Positions 29,410 to 38,637 of a stretch of 64,000 bases of DNA are shown here, one piece after another. The position numbers were made by a program, and so were the translations under genes. Below the pieces are notes generated by a model. The model had not been told where the DNA came from. It saw only the letters and a list, made by a program, of their open reading frames with translations, and searched no databases. Numbering within the stretch: the stretch's first letter is position 1; each line of letters starts with the position of its first letter. The stretch comes from Candidatus Heimdallarchaeota archaeon (GTDB lineage Archaea; Asgardarchaeota; Heimdallarchaeia; Hodarchaeales; Hodarchaeaceae), in assembly GCA_011364965.1 (NCBI GenBank), contig RDOB01000002.1, positions 512,001 through 576,000 on the forward strand. Direction: 5' to 3'.

Positions 29410-30642
29410 TTACTCTTGGGAGTAATTTTTGGCCATCTCAGCTCGTGAAATTACGATTCGTTGAACTTCATTTGTGCCTTCATATATGGGTGTAATCCTG
29501 GCATCTCGATAATGACGTTCCACATCGTACTCTCTAATGTATCCATAGCCACCATGCATTTGTATTGCTTCATATGTTACTTCTTGAGCAATTTCTGATG
29601 CATAAAGTTTGGCGATGCTGGCATATTCCGCAAAATCCATTTTCTTATCTTTCATTCTGGCAGCTGCAATATATGCGAGTCTTGCAGTATGAATTTTGGT
29701 AAAGAGGTCAGCCATTTTAAATTGGGTAACTTGGAAGCTTTCTATGGTTTTCCCGAATTGCTTTCGTGTCTTTACATAGTTTACTGCTTTTCTGTAAGCA
29801 GCATCTGCAATTCCCACACTTTGAGCTGCAATTCCTATTCTTGCAGCAGACAGCTCATATAATACCACACTGAATCCTTTGCCAATTTCTCCAAGAACAT
29901 TACTTTTAGGTATAACTGCATCTTCTAAAATGACTTCTCCTGTCGCATTAGAATGTAAGCCCAATTTTTCCTCGAGTCTAGAAATTTTAAAACCTGGATT
30001 ATCTTTACTGTCTAGAATAAATGCAGTTAGACCTCTAGAACCTTTTTCAGGATCAGTTGATGCTAGAAAGAGAAAGGTATCTGCAATTCCAGAGTTAGTA
30101 ATAAAATTTTTACTTCCATTTATTATATAATGGTCACCGTGATCAACTGCTTTTGTTTTTAAAGAACCTAGATCCGAGCCTGATCCTGGCTCTGTAAAAA
30201 GCAATCCTCCAATTTTTTCACCATGAGCAAGCTTTGGTAGGTAATATTCTTTAGCTTCCTCTTTTCCAAAAGCTTCTATAACATCACTTGAAGAATTTTG
30301 TAATCCAAAGAGTAGAGACGTTCCTGCATCAGCTCGTGAAATTCGTTCATAACACGCATTTACTAGAGAAAAGCTCAATCCTATCCCATCATACTTCTCC
30401 GGTATCGCTAATCCCATTAAATCATTTTCACAAAGTAATTTTAGTATTTTGTATGTCTGAGGTGGATAAGCTACTTTTCCTGTTTCTACATCAAAAGAAC
30501 ATCCTATTTCATCCATTTCCTGGGCATACGGTTCAATATCCTTTTTACAAATCTCATCGAGAAGCTCTAGTATCATTTCATTCTGTTCTTGTTCGTCTTT
30601 ATCAAATCCATGCGTTCCAAATACTTGTAACAAATCTTTCAT
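29410..30642 (-). CDS. Acyl-CoA dehydrogenase
   Basis: TEPGSGSD, NGSKNFIT, RKQFG, QMHGGYG, IYEGTNEVQR. Confidence 0.95.
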   Translation of the reverse strand: MKDLLQVFGTHGFDKDEQEQNEMILELLDEICKKDIEPYAQEMDEIGCSFDVETGKVAYPPQTYKILKLLCENDLMGLAIPEKYDGIGLSFSLVNACYERISRADAGTSLLFGLQNSSSDVIEAFGKEEAKEYYLPKLAHGEKIGGLLFTEPGSGSDLGSLKTKAVDHGDHYIINGSKNFITNSGIADTFLFLASTDPEKGSRGLTAFILDSKDNPGFKISRLEEKLGLHSNATGEVILEDAVIPKSNVLGEIGKGFSVVLYELSAARIGIAAQSVGIADAAYRKAVNYVKTRKQFGKTIESFQVTQFKMADLFTKIHTARLAYIAAARMKDKKMDFAEYASIAKLYASEIAQEVTYEAIQMHGGYGYIREYDVERHYRDARITPIYEGTNEVQRIVISRAEMAKNYSQE

Positions 30643-30804
30643 TTAATCCAATCCTTCTAAATCTCAAAAATTGGTTTTTTTATCCTTCAAATTTTCAAAT
30701 GAGTGTACCTAGCAGGATATTCCCTACTAGCTTACCGAATGCAAAATTACTTACTAAAAAATAAAAAAATTCTGGCAGAATATTGGTTAAGATGTAGCTA
30801 TTAT

Positions 30805-31083
30805 CTATTTTTTACTATCAAATTCACTAAAGGTTGTGAAGATTGTCGATAATTTTTTGCTGTAACCTTTCGAGATGTTGAATTTTTGCCTTACTTTCCA
30901 TATTCCCTCTTTATTTTTTTGCCAACCATAGAGTCTTAATTGGTGTTTATTTCCAGTTTCTACCAATACAATAGCTTTAAGCCAAGAAGATGTTTTTGCT
31001 AATCTTTTCCCAGCGAGTACTTTTATTGTTTTACTTACAGGAAATTCTACTGTATCATCATTCAATAATTCCATTAAACCCAT
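30805..31083 (-). CDS. Small basic hypothetical protein, possibly PC4-like
   Basis: 92 aa; QLRLYGWQKNKEGIWKVRQKFNIS. Confidence 0.65.
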   Translation of the reverse strand: MGLMELLNDDTVEFPVSKTIKVLAGKRLAKTSSWLKAIVLVETGNKHQLRLYGWQKNKEGIWKVRQKFNISKGYSKKLSTIFTTFSEFDSKK

Positions 31084-31292
31084 AATTTTTCACTCATTTG
31101 ATTTACTTCGCAGAAAATTGAATCTGCCTTTTTTGATAGATTCATGTCTTAAAAAAACCTTTCGGTTATTTTAGAAAGTACTGGCTTTTTTATTTAGGTT
31201 AAATTATTTTCTATAGTTTCAATTAATATATAAAAGCATCTCGTTGAAGTTAGGAAGATTTATAGTTTCCATTTAACCATAAAATCATTAAA

Positions 31293-33275
31293 TTATTTAA
31301 ATAAAAGTTTGGATGTTCTTTTTTCTTCTAAAAATGTTTCTTTTACTAATTTAATAATCTCTTCGTTTTCCGAAAAATCCATTTGAAATTTACTTTCACC
31401 AATTGTATAATCAGGGAATTTTTCTGTTAATTGAAGAAGTTTCAATCTTAAGCTCACTGTAACATGCTCATCACATACTATCGCAAAAATTAGTGGATCA
31501 CGGTGCCCTACTAGAACAATAGAATCACGATAATGTATCTCATCTAGCTCTTTTAATGATAATGAACGAGACATTGTATTCATTGCAGAAATAAGACCGG
31601 AGAGTAATAAACGGTCAATTTTAAAAGACTCATCAAAATAATAAACAAAAACAGGAAGAGAAGATTCTGAATCTAATACAATAAGGGATAGTAGTCTAGT
31701 TTCGCGGTCTTCAATTGTCCATCGTGATCTATGAGGTAGTAAATTTGTAAGGAAATCTATAGATTCTAGAGCTATTGATTTTAAATTCGGAACTTCAGCT
31801 AAATTTAATTTTAATAACCGTATGTTTTCTTCGGAGAAAAATTCCAAATCTTTGCTCTGTTGGGCGTCATTTACTAATTTATTTGCCTCTGTCAATTGAT
31901 TTGTAAAAGATTTTGTGATAGCGAGTGTAACTTTAGAAATATATGACCATCCAACTACTTCTTGGCCTTCAACCAGTACTCTGAGTTCATCTGCAGTAAT
32001 ATTTGCTAGTTCGAGCTTTGAATCCTGTCTTCTCCAGTAAAATATTATAAGATAGAGAATTACAAGTTCCATTAAACATTCAAAGATGTTATTTAGATCT
32101 TTTGCTTTTTTAAACCTTCTCAATGCTTCTAAAAATTGATCTATTGCTATAGAAAAATTACATGCGTATTTTTCAATTGTAGCGAGCGCTCGGAAATATT
32201 CTGGCTGTTCTATCTCAGTTTCAGGAATCCACCTGACTGATAATCCATTTTCAATGGTTCTTGTCGCTTCCTCAAGAAGTCCATTTGCTGCATACAGCTC
32301 TGCTAGGGTGTAAATTGCATCTACTAAAGGGATTCTTTTCTCATAAAATAAATTTTCAGCTTCCTTCGCGTACTTCAGTGCCTCTTCTAAATCACCAAGA
32401 TTGTAATAAAGATTCGCAAGATTATTTTCAACGCGATAAATACTTAATGAGTCAGGCATCTGATCTTTGATTGTCAATAACCGTGTGAACATTTGACAGG
32501 CTTTATCATAATTCCTTTCTTTTTGAGCGAGTAATCCTAGATTTTCTCCTATTTGAAATAAAAAATAATAATTCGAAAAATTTTCCAACTTTCTCCAACT
32601 AGATTCTAAGTATCTTTGAGATTCTGCTTTATCTCCAAAATAATTCTCCCACACACCTATTCCCATTTCTAATAACCCAGAGAAATACCTATGGTCGTAA
32701 TACACGGATTGTACGAGAAGAGATTTTGCACTTTCTTTCCAATGACTCGCTTCTTCTATTGTTCGGGTTTCAATGGTGGAAATCAATAGAATAAAGATAT
32801 AGATCACTACTAATAGAGGATCCTCCTCTTCTGAAGTAAAATCAAAAGATAAATTAGTTAATAGTCCATTAACTCGATCATACCTTCCATCTCGAAATTC
32901 TTGCCATGCCATAATAATGATAAGTTCTGTGTTACTCATTATTGGAGCAGATGAATTCAATCGCGGAAGAGATTCTTCTAGTGTTGACAGTAATAAATAT
33001 CCGAGTTTAGAAAGAATGACATCCGCAGATATTTCAATTAAAATCTGCGAAATAAAGTTCTTATTTGCCATGAAGAATGCAGATTTTGCGAGAAATATAG
33101 ATGTTGATACTTCAGGTAATAAATTAGTAGCTAAGGAATATTCAAAGAATTTAAGCAATAATACATCATATTCGCAATCATTATGATATTTATTCAGAAA
33201 ATCTGATGCTGTCTTAGGGAGAGATTGAAATTCCTCTTCTAATTCTTTATAATGATCAATAAAAGTCTTATACAC
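31293..33275 (-). CDS. TPR-repeat protein with C-terminal longin-like domain
   Basis: NNLANLYYNLGDLEEAL TPRs; C-terminal LIVLDSESSLPVF...DRLLLSGLISAMNTMS. Confidence 0.8.
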   Translation of the reverse strand: MYKTFIDHYKELEEEFQSLPKTASDFLNKYHNDCEYDVLLLKFFEYSLATNLLPEVSTSIFLAKSAFFMANKNFISQILIEISADVILSKLGYLLLSTLEESLPRLNSSAPIMSNTELIIIMAWQEFRDGRYDRVNGLLTNLSFDFTSEEEDPLLVVIYIFILLISTIETRTIEEASHWKESAKSLLVQSVYYDHRYFSGLLEMGIGVWENYFGDKAESQRYLESSWRKLENFSNYYFLFQIGENLGLLAQKERNYDKACQMFTRLLTIKDQMPDSLSIYRVENNLANLYYNLGDLEEALKYAKEAENLFYEKRIPLVDAIYTLAELYAANGLLEEATRTIENGLSVRWIPETEIEQPEYFRALATIEKYACNFSIAIDQFLEALRRFKKAKDLNNIFECLMELVILYLIIFYWRRQDSKLELANITADELRVLVEGQEVVGWSYISKVTLAITKSFTNQLTEANKLVNDAQQSKDLEFFSEENIRLLKLNLAEVPNLKSIALESIDFLTNLLPHRSRWTIEDRETRLLSLIVLDSESSLPVFVYYFDESFKIDRLLLSGLISAMNTMSRSLSLKELDEIHYRDSIVLVGHRDPLIFAIVCDEHVTVSLRLKLLQLTEKFPDYTIGESKFQMDFSENEEIIKLVKETFLEEKRTSKLLFK

Positions 33276-33449
33276 TCAGAACCACTACTCTCGTCTATAT
33301 AATAGAATAATCTAGTACCTTAAATATTTGATTCAGTGAATTAAGCAAACTGATGGATATTTTTCGAAGGTATTTCAAATATCCTCGTAGTAAGGTTCAT
33401 TATCAGAACGAAATTCATCACAACAAACAAACTTCTAGAGTGTATTTCT

Positions 33450-34697
33450 ATGAAATTACTAATAGCAGGTGGAGCAAGGGGCATGGGATCTTATATTGTA
33501 AAAGATGCTGTTCAGAGGACTATTTGGACAGATATAACTATTGCTGATATAAATGAATCGCGATCAAAGAGACGGATTTCTGAATTAAATGATTCTAGGT
33601 TATCCTATACTAAAATTGATGCTTGTAATCACGAAGATATGGTAAAAATCATCCAAAAATTTGATGTGGTTTACTCTGCAATCGTTCCATTCTATATATT
33701 TGGACCAAAAGTTGCACGGGCATGTATTGAAGCAAAAGTTCCCCTCATCGATATCCGTGATGATTCTGGACCCACAATCGAAATATTAGAAATGAACGAA
33801 GATGCTAAAAAGGCTGGAATTCCCATTTTTTTGGGATTTGGGTGTAATCCTGGTCTAACCAATTTGATGGTTAAACATGCATATACTAGATTGGATAAAA
33901 ACTCTCCTATGACCTTTGATATATCATGAGCAGGAGGTGCAGCAGACTCGGAAGGTTTAGCAGTCATCATGCATGTTTTATACGCAATTACAGGGAATTT
34001 TCCTTCATATCAAAATGGTTTGTTCATTGACGTTCCTGCAGGAGAAGGAAATTTGAAAATCGATTTTCCTGCACCATTAGGTACTATTGGGGTGTTTGAT
34101 TGTGGGCATCCAGAGCCTGTAACAATCCCTAAGTTCCTTGATTCTAATGTTGAGAGAGTTACATTGAAGGGAGGATTGACACCAGATTGGAATAATAAAT
34201 TTGCTACTTCAATGAAGCAATTACACCTAACTCAAGGGAAAAATCGGAAAAAGATTCTTGCAAAACTTGTACATCTAACCGAGAAAATATTTGAAACAGG
34301 AGGGGTCGCTGCTTCCTCTGCTCGAGTTGATATATATGGCTTTAAGGATAATAAAAGAGTACATTGGGTTTATTGAACACCAAGTATTGTTATGGGAGAA
34401 TTAACTGGGTATCCTGCGTCCATTGCAGCACAGCTCTTCACTGAGGGAAAAATCCAAGGAGTAGGTATAATCCCTCCTGAATCATTACCTGAGGGAACAG
34501 CTAAATTATTTTTTGAGGAGTTAAAGAAGAGAAATATAGAGCTAATATTTGATGAAAAAGAACCTTTAGAGTGGTTCAAAAACCCAGTTCCCTATGTTCT
34601 TGGGTTTTTTTCGAATTATGGATTTATTATTTTGAAACTTATTGGATTATGCTCCATTTTTGTTATTATATATCAGCTTCTAGCAATTCTATTCTAA
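33450..34697 (+). pseudogene. Saccharopine dehydrogenase-family oxidoreductase interrupted by two in-frame TGA codons
   Basis: Three ORFs in one frame; TGA at 33927 and 34374; GGARGMG Rossmann motif, GHPEP, MGELTG. Confidence 0.8.
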
Positions 34698-34850
34698 GAA
34701 CCTGTTTCAAACGCTAAATTCGGAAAGAATGATCCATAAAATCAAGAATTTTAAAGGAGTAGTATTTTATTGTGAATATCCTTCTCTTCCTTTTGAATTC
34801 TATATTCAAGATAGAATGGTAATTTAATCTCTTAGTAGGAGTTAAAAATC

Positions 34851-37634
34851 ATGGAAAAGCAATATTATTCCCTCGATATCAATAAAATTGCTGAGGAGCT
34901 AAATACAGACCTAAATATCGGATTAACCTCAGAGGAAGCTCAACTACGCATGAAGCAATATGGACCAAATGAGTTGATATCTACCAAGAAAGTATCCCCT
35001 TTTATGATGTTCCTTCTTCAATTCAAGGATTTCATTGTATTTCTCTTAGTCGGTGCAACACTAGTTTCCTTGCTCTTTGGAGATTATATTGAAGCTTTTA
35101 TCATTATTATAATAGTTTTATTAAACGGATTGTTAGGATTTATCCAGGAATACCGTGCTGAGGCCGCATTGGAAAAACTAAAGGAATTGACTGGTGACGA
35201 TACATTAGTTATTAGAAACGGTCAGGAAACCAGAATTGACACGCGAAATTTAGTGCCTGGTGACGTACTACTTATGTATGAGGGAGAAATTATTGCTGCG
35301 GATGGAAGAATCTACGAAGCAAGTCGATTACGAGTGGAAGAAGGATTATTGACTGGAGAATCAATTCCTGTAGATAAAACAATTCAATCCATTGAAGGAG
35401 AGTTCCTTCCAATTGCTGATAGAACAAATTTTGTATATATGGGAACCACTACTGTAAAAGGAAGAGGTAAAGCCCTCGTTACTGGAACTGGCATGAATAC
35501 GGAAATGGGAAAAATTGCAAAATCGACCATTGAGTCAGAAGAGCAAGATACCCCTCTTCAAGTTCAATTATCTCGTTTAGGAAAATTATTAGGAATTATC
35601 GTTCTAGTAGTTGTTGGTATTGTTTTAATTGCACAAATAGGGAGAATTGAAGAGAATATCTTAGAAGTGATTGAAACAGCAATCGCTTTGGCGGTCTCTG
35701 CGGTACCAGAGGGGTTAGCAGCAGCAATAACGCTCACTCTAGCAATAGGGGTTCAAAGAATGGCTAGAAAGAAAGCTGTTATACGAAAACTCCCTGCTGT
35801 TGAGACCTTGGGTTCAGTAGAGGTAATATGTACTGATAAAACAGGAACTTTAACCCAAAATAAAATGACTGTGAAGAGAGTATGGACTCTAGATCGGGGT
35901 TTAATAGAAGTAACTGGAACAGGTTATATTCCCCGTGGATCCTTCATTGATATGGAGAAGAATGAAAGAATTAATCCAGGGGAAGATAAAGGAATATATG
36001 AAGTTCTTAAAGCTGGATCCCTATGTAATTCAGCTTCCATTAATTACAATAGTATATTAGGTGAGTGGGTTGTTGAAGGAGATCCGACTGAGGGAGCTCT
36101 AATAGCCCTAGCTATGAAAGCTAATCTTCATTCAAAGTGGGATGAGATCTATAACTTTCAAAAAGATGGAGAAATTTTCTTTGATTCCGATCGAAAAAGG
36201 ATGACCAAGGTTTACAAGACATTGAAAGCTCTTAAAGAAGAAACTTGGGCATATACAAAGGGTTCTCCTGCAACAATACTTGAAATTTGTACTCATGCCT
36301 TAATAGGTGAAAAAGAGGTACCATTAGATAATGAAATGCGAGAGAGAATATTGAAATCGAATTCAGCATTAGCAGGAAAAGCAATAAGAGTACTGGCTTT
36401 TGCACGGAAACAAATATCTAATGATTTACTCGAATTCAGAGAAGATAACATTGAAAAAGAAATGACGTTTGTTGGACTCACTGGGATGATTGACCCTCCA
36501 CGTGAAAAAGTAGCAGATGCAATCCGAAAGTGTAAAAACGCGGGGATTCGAATAATCATGATTACTGGAGACCAGAGGGATACAGCTTTAGCGATTGCAA
36601 AGGAGCTTGATTTAAAACCCTTTGAGGACGCCCATTATACGGTTGCTAATTCTAGTGAACTTGAAAAAATGGATGATGATGAATTTAAAGAAATTTTAAA
36701 GGATTTAGATGTTTGTGCCCGTGCTTCTCCTAGTATAAAGAAAAGAATTGTAGAAACTTTACAAGAAGAATTTGGATTAGTTGTTGCTATGACGGGTGAT
36801 GGAGTGAATGATGCTCCTGCATTGAAAAAAGCAGACATAGGAGTAGCCATGGGAATAACAGGGACTGATGTGGCGAGAGAAGCATCAGATATGGTATTAA
36901 TGGATGATAATTTTGCTACAATCGTTGCTGCAGTAGAGGAAGGACGGACTATATATGATAATATGAAGAAATTCATCAGGTACCTATTGAGCTCAAACTT
37001 CGATGAAATTCTTGTCGTTTTTACCGCAACAGTCTTACTCGGATTGAAATCGCCTTATTTAGCTTTAGGAATTCTGTGGATAAATCTCATGACTGATGGG
37101 TTGCCAGCATTAGCCCTCTCCGTTGATCCAGGTGATCCTGAAATTATGAATCGATTACCAAGGGGTAGAAAAAGTGGAATGTTGACCGAAATATTAATAT
37201 TTTCTATAGCAGCAGGAATTATATCCTTTTTTGCTACTATGATCATGTTCCTATCATTTCCACTAGATATAATTGGTGTAAATGCAGAAAATAGCGTTCA
37301 ATTGCAGATCGCTCGTACATTGGCATTAACTGTTTCTGTACTATTTGAATTATTCCAGGTATTTGTTTCTAAAGCTCCTGATAATAAAAGTATATTCCAA
37401 TCCAATCCTATGAACAATCTCTATTTAATTGGGGCTGTTGGATTAGCATTTATCCTACATTTATTCATAATTTATGTCAAACCACTCGCGGATATCTTTG
37501 GAATGTATGCTTTGTCATTTCAGCATTGGATTTTCATGTTTGTGGTTGTAATTATTGGAATTATTCTGCTCGATGCAATTAAACTGCTTCAATTTAAAAT
37601 TATATCAAGAAGAAACTCAAAGAATAGACATTAG
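34851..37634 (+). CDS. P-type ATPase IIA (Ca2+/cation transporting)
   Basis: LTGES, PEGL, ICTDKTGTLT, MITGD, MTGDGVNDAPALK, NLMTDG. Confidence 0.95.
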   Translation: MEKQYYSLDINKIAEELNTDLNIGLTSEEAQLRMKQYGPNELISTKKVSPFMMFLLQFKDFIVFLLVGATLVSLLFGDYIEAFIIIIIVLLNGLLGFIQEYRAEAALEKLKELTGDDTLVIRNGQETRIDTRNLVPGDVLLMYEGEIIAADGRIYEASRLRVEEGLLTGESIPVDKTIQSIEGEFLPIADRTNFVYMGTTTVKGRGKALVTGTGMNTEMGKIAKSTIESEEQDTPLQVQLSRLGKLLGIIVLVVVGIVLIAQIGRIEENILEVIETAIALAVSAVPEGLAAAITLTLAIGVQRMARKKAVIRKLPAVETLGSVEVICTDKTGTLTQNKMTVKRVWTLDRGLIEVTGTGYIPRGSFIDMEKNERINPGEDKGIYEVLKAGSLCNSASINYNSILGEWVVEGDPTEGALIALAMKANLHSKWDEIYNFQKDGEIFFDSDRKRMTKVYKTLKALKEETWAYTKGSPATILEICTHALIGEKEVPLDNEMRERILKSNSALAGKAIRVLAFARKQISNDLLEFREDNIEKEMTFVGLTGMIDPPREKVADAIRKCKNAGIRIIMITGDQRDTALAIAKELDLKPFEDAHYTVANSSELEKMDDDEFKEILKDLDVCARASPSIKKRIVETLQEEFGLVVAMTGDGVNDAPALKKADIGVAMGITGTDVAREASDMVLMDDNFATIVAAVEEGRTIYDNMKKFIRYLLSSNFDEILVVFTATVLLGLKSPYLALGILWINLMTDGLPALALSVDPGDPEIMNRLPRGRKSGMLTEILIFSIAAGIISFFATMIMFLSFPLDIIGVNAENSVQLQIARTLALTVSVLFELFQVFVSKAPDNKSIFQSNPMNNLYLIGAVGLAFILHLFIIYVKPLADIFGMYALSFQHWIFMFVVVIIGIILLDAIKLLQFKIISRRNSKNRH

Positions 37635-37864
37635 AAACAATTCCTTGGATATATTCTTCGATAATAAAATAAATTGACTCTAAATTCGATTTCCGAGTTG
37701 AAAATGAAACTGATTCAAATACCTTGAATTCTCGAAAATCTCTCCATCGAACAATAGACTCCTTTACTCCATTCCCTCTTACGATGAGGGTAAATATACA
37801 GTCGAGTATTATTATTATTAAATATTCGGTCGAGTAGTAGCAACAATTTTGCGATTCAAAATGT

Positions 37865-37878
37865 AAAACCTTTTAAAC
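37865..37878 (+). promoter_or_regulatory. Putative BRE/TATA element for the histone-doublet transcript
   Basis: AAAACC-TTTTAAAC about 200 nt upstream of the ATG. Confidence 0.4.
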
Positions 37879-37895
37879 TGTCGAGAAAGAGATTC

Positions 37896-38043
37896 AACTA
37901 GACTTTCTAGTTCTAAATAGCGAACTGGAAGCTAACATCCTACATTCAATCCATTAACGTCCTAGCGTTTATATAATGGCTCCCACGGCCTTTAAAAGCG
38001 TTGCTATAAAGAAGGACGTTTAAAAAAAGTTAGAATTAGGAAA
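37896..38043 (+). ncRNA. Candidate structured 5' leader or sRNA upstream of the histone doublet
   Basis: Nested complementary segments 37904-37916/38030-38042 and AACGTCCT/AGGACGTT (37956-63/38013-20), inner TTTATA/TATAAA, plus alternative hairpins. Confidence 0.45.
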
Positions 38044-38077
38044 AAAAGTAAATTATAAGGAGAAAAGGTGAAAAATT

Positions 38078-38500
38078 ATGGGTACTTTTGCTAAAGCCCG
38101 AATTGAAGCTATTATGAAGTCGGCTGGCGCCGAAAGAATCTCTGCTAACGCAATATCTCGAATGGATGAACTTTGTGCCGAATTTGGTGAGAAAGCTGCG
38201 AAAACTGCAATCAACCTTGCCTCAACCGCAGGAAGGAAAACTGTTCAAGCAGATGATATTAAATTGGCTGTCTCCAAGATAGGAGACCCGAAATATTCTC
38301 CCACAAAAGGTAAAGCATTCGCAAAGGCTCGCGTGGAAAAAGTGATAAGAGAAGCTGGCGCTTCTCGGGTTTCTGCAGACGCTGTCGATTATTTAAACCA
38401 AAAAATCGAAGCTCAATGCTATACTCTTGCGAAATCAGCCATTGAGATAGCCCGTCATGCCAAACGCAAGACTATTAAAGACACTGACATAATTCCTTAA
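38078..38500 (+). CDS. Tandem (doublet) archaeal histone
   Basis: Two histone folds FAKARIE..GAERIS..GRKTVQADDIKLA and FAKARVE..GASRVS..HAKRKTIKDTDI; AGGTGA SD. Confidence 0.95.
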   Translation: MGTFAKARIEAIMKSAGAERISANAISRMDELCAEFGEKAAKTAINLASTAGRKTVQADDIKLAVSKIGDPKYSPTKGKAFAKARVEKVIREAGASRVSADAVDYLNQKIEAQCYTLAKSAIEIARHAKRKTIKDTDIIP

Positions 38501-38507
38501 GGAAAAC

Positions 38508-38555
38508 TGGATAACCTATTTGGTTAGACCATTTTTCTTTTCCTTCTCTTTTTTC
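38508..38555 (+). terminator. Hairpin (TAACC-TATTT-GGTTA) plus T-rich tract after the histone doublet
   Basis: Read directly. Confidence 0.5.
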
Positions 38556-38637
38556 TATAAGCTTTTTTTTAATCACCTCTCAATCAAATCTGTAAAAGAC
38601 ATTAATAGCTTTATGAAAACTAAATGATTGAAAGGCC

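Noticed and set aside
33450-34697. Genome-wide TGA reassignment
   Set aside because: TGA clearly terminates many intact genes (e.g. 525, 26839, 27709, 60282)
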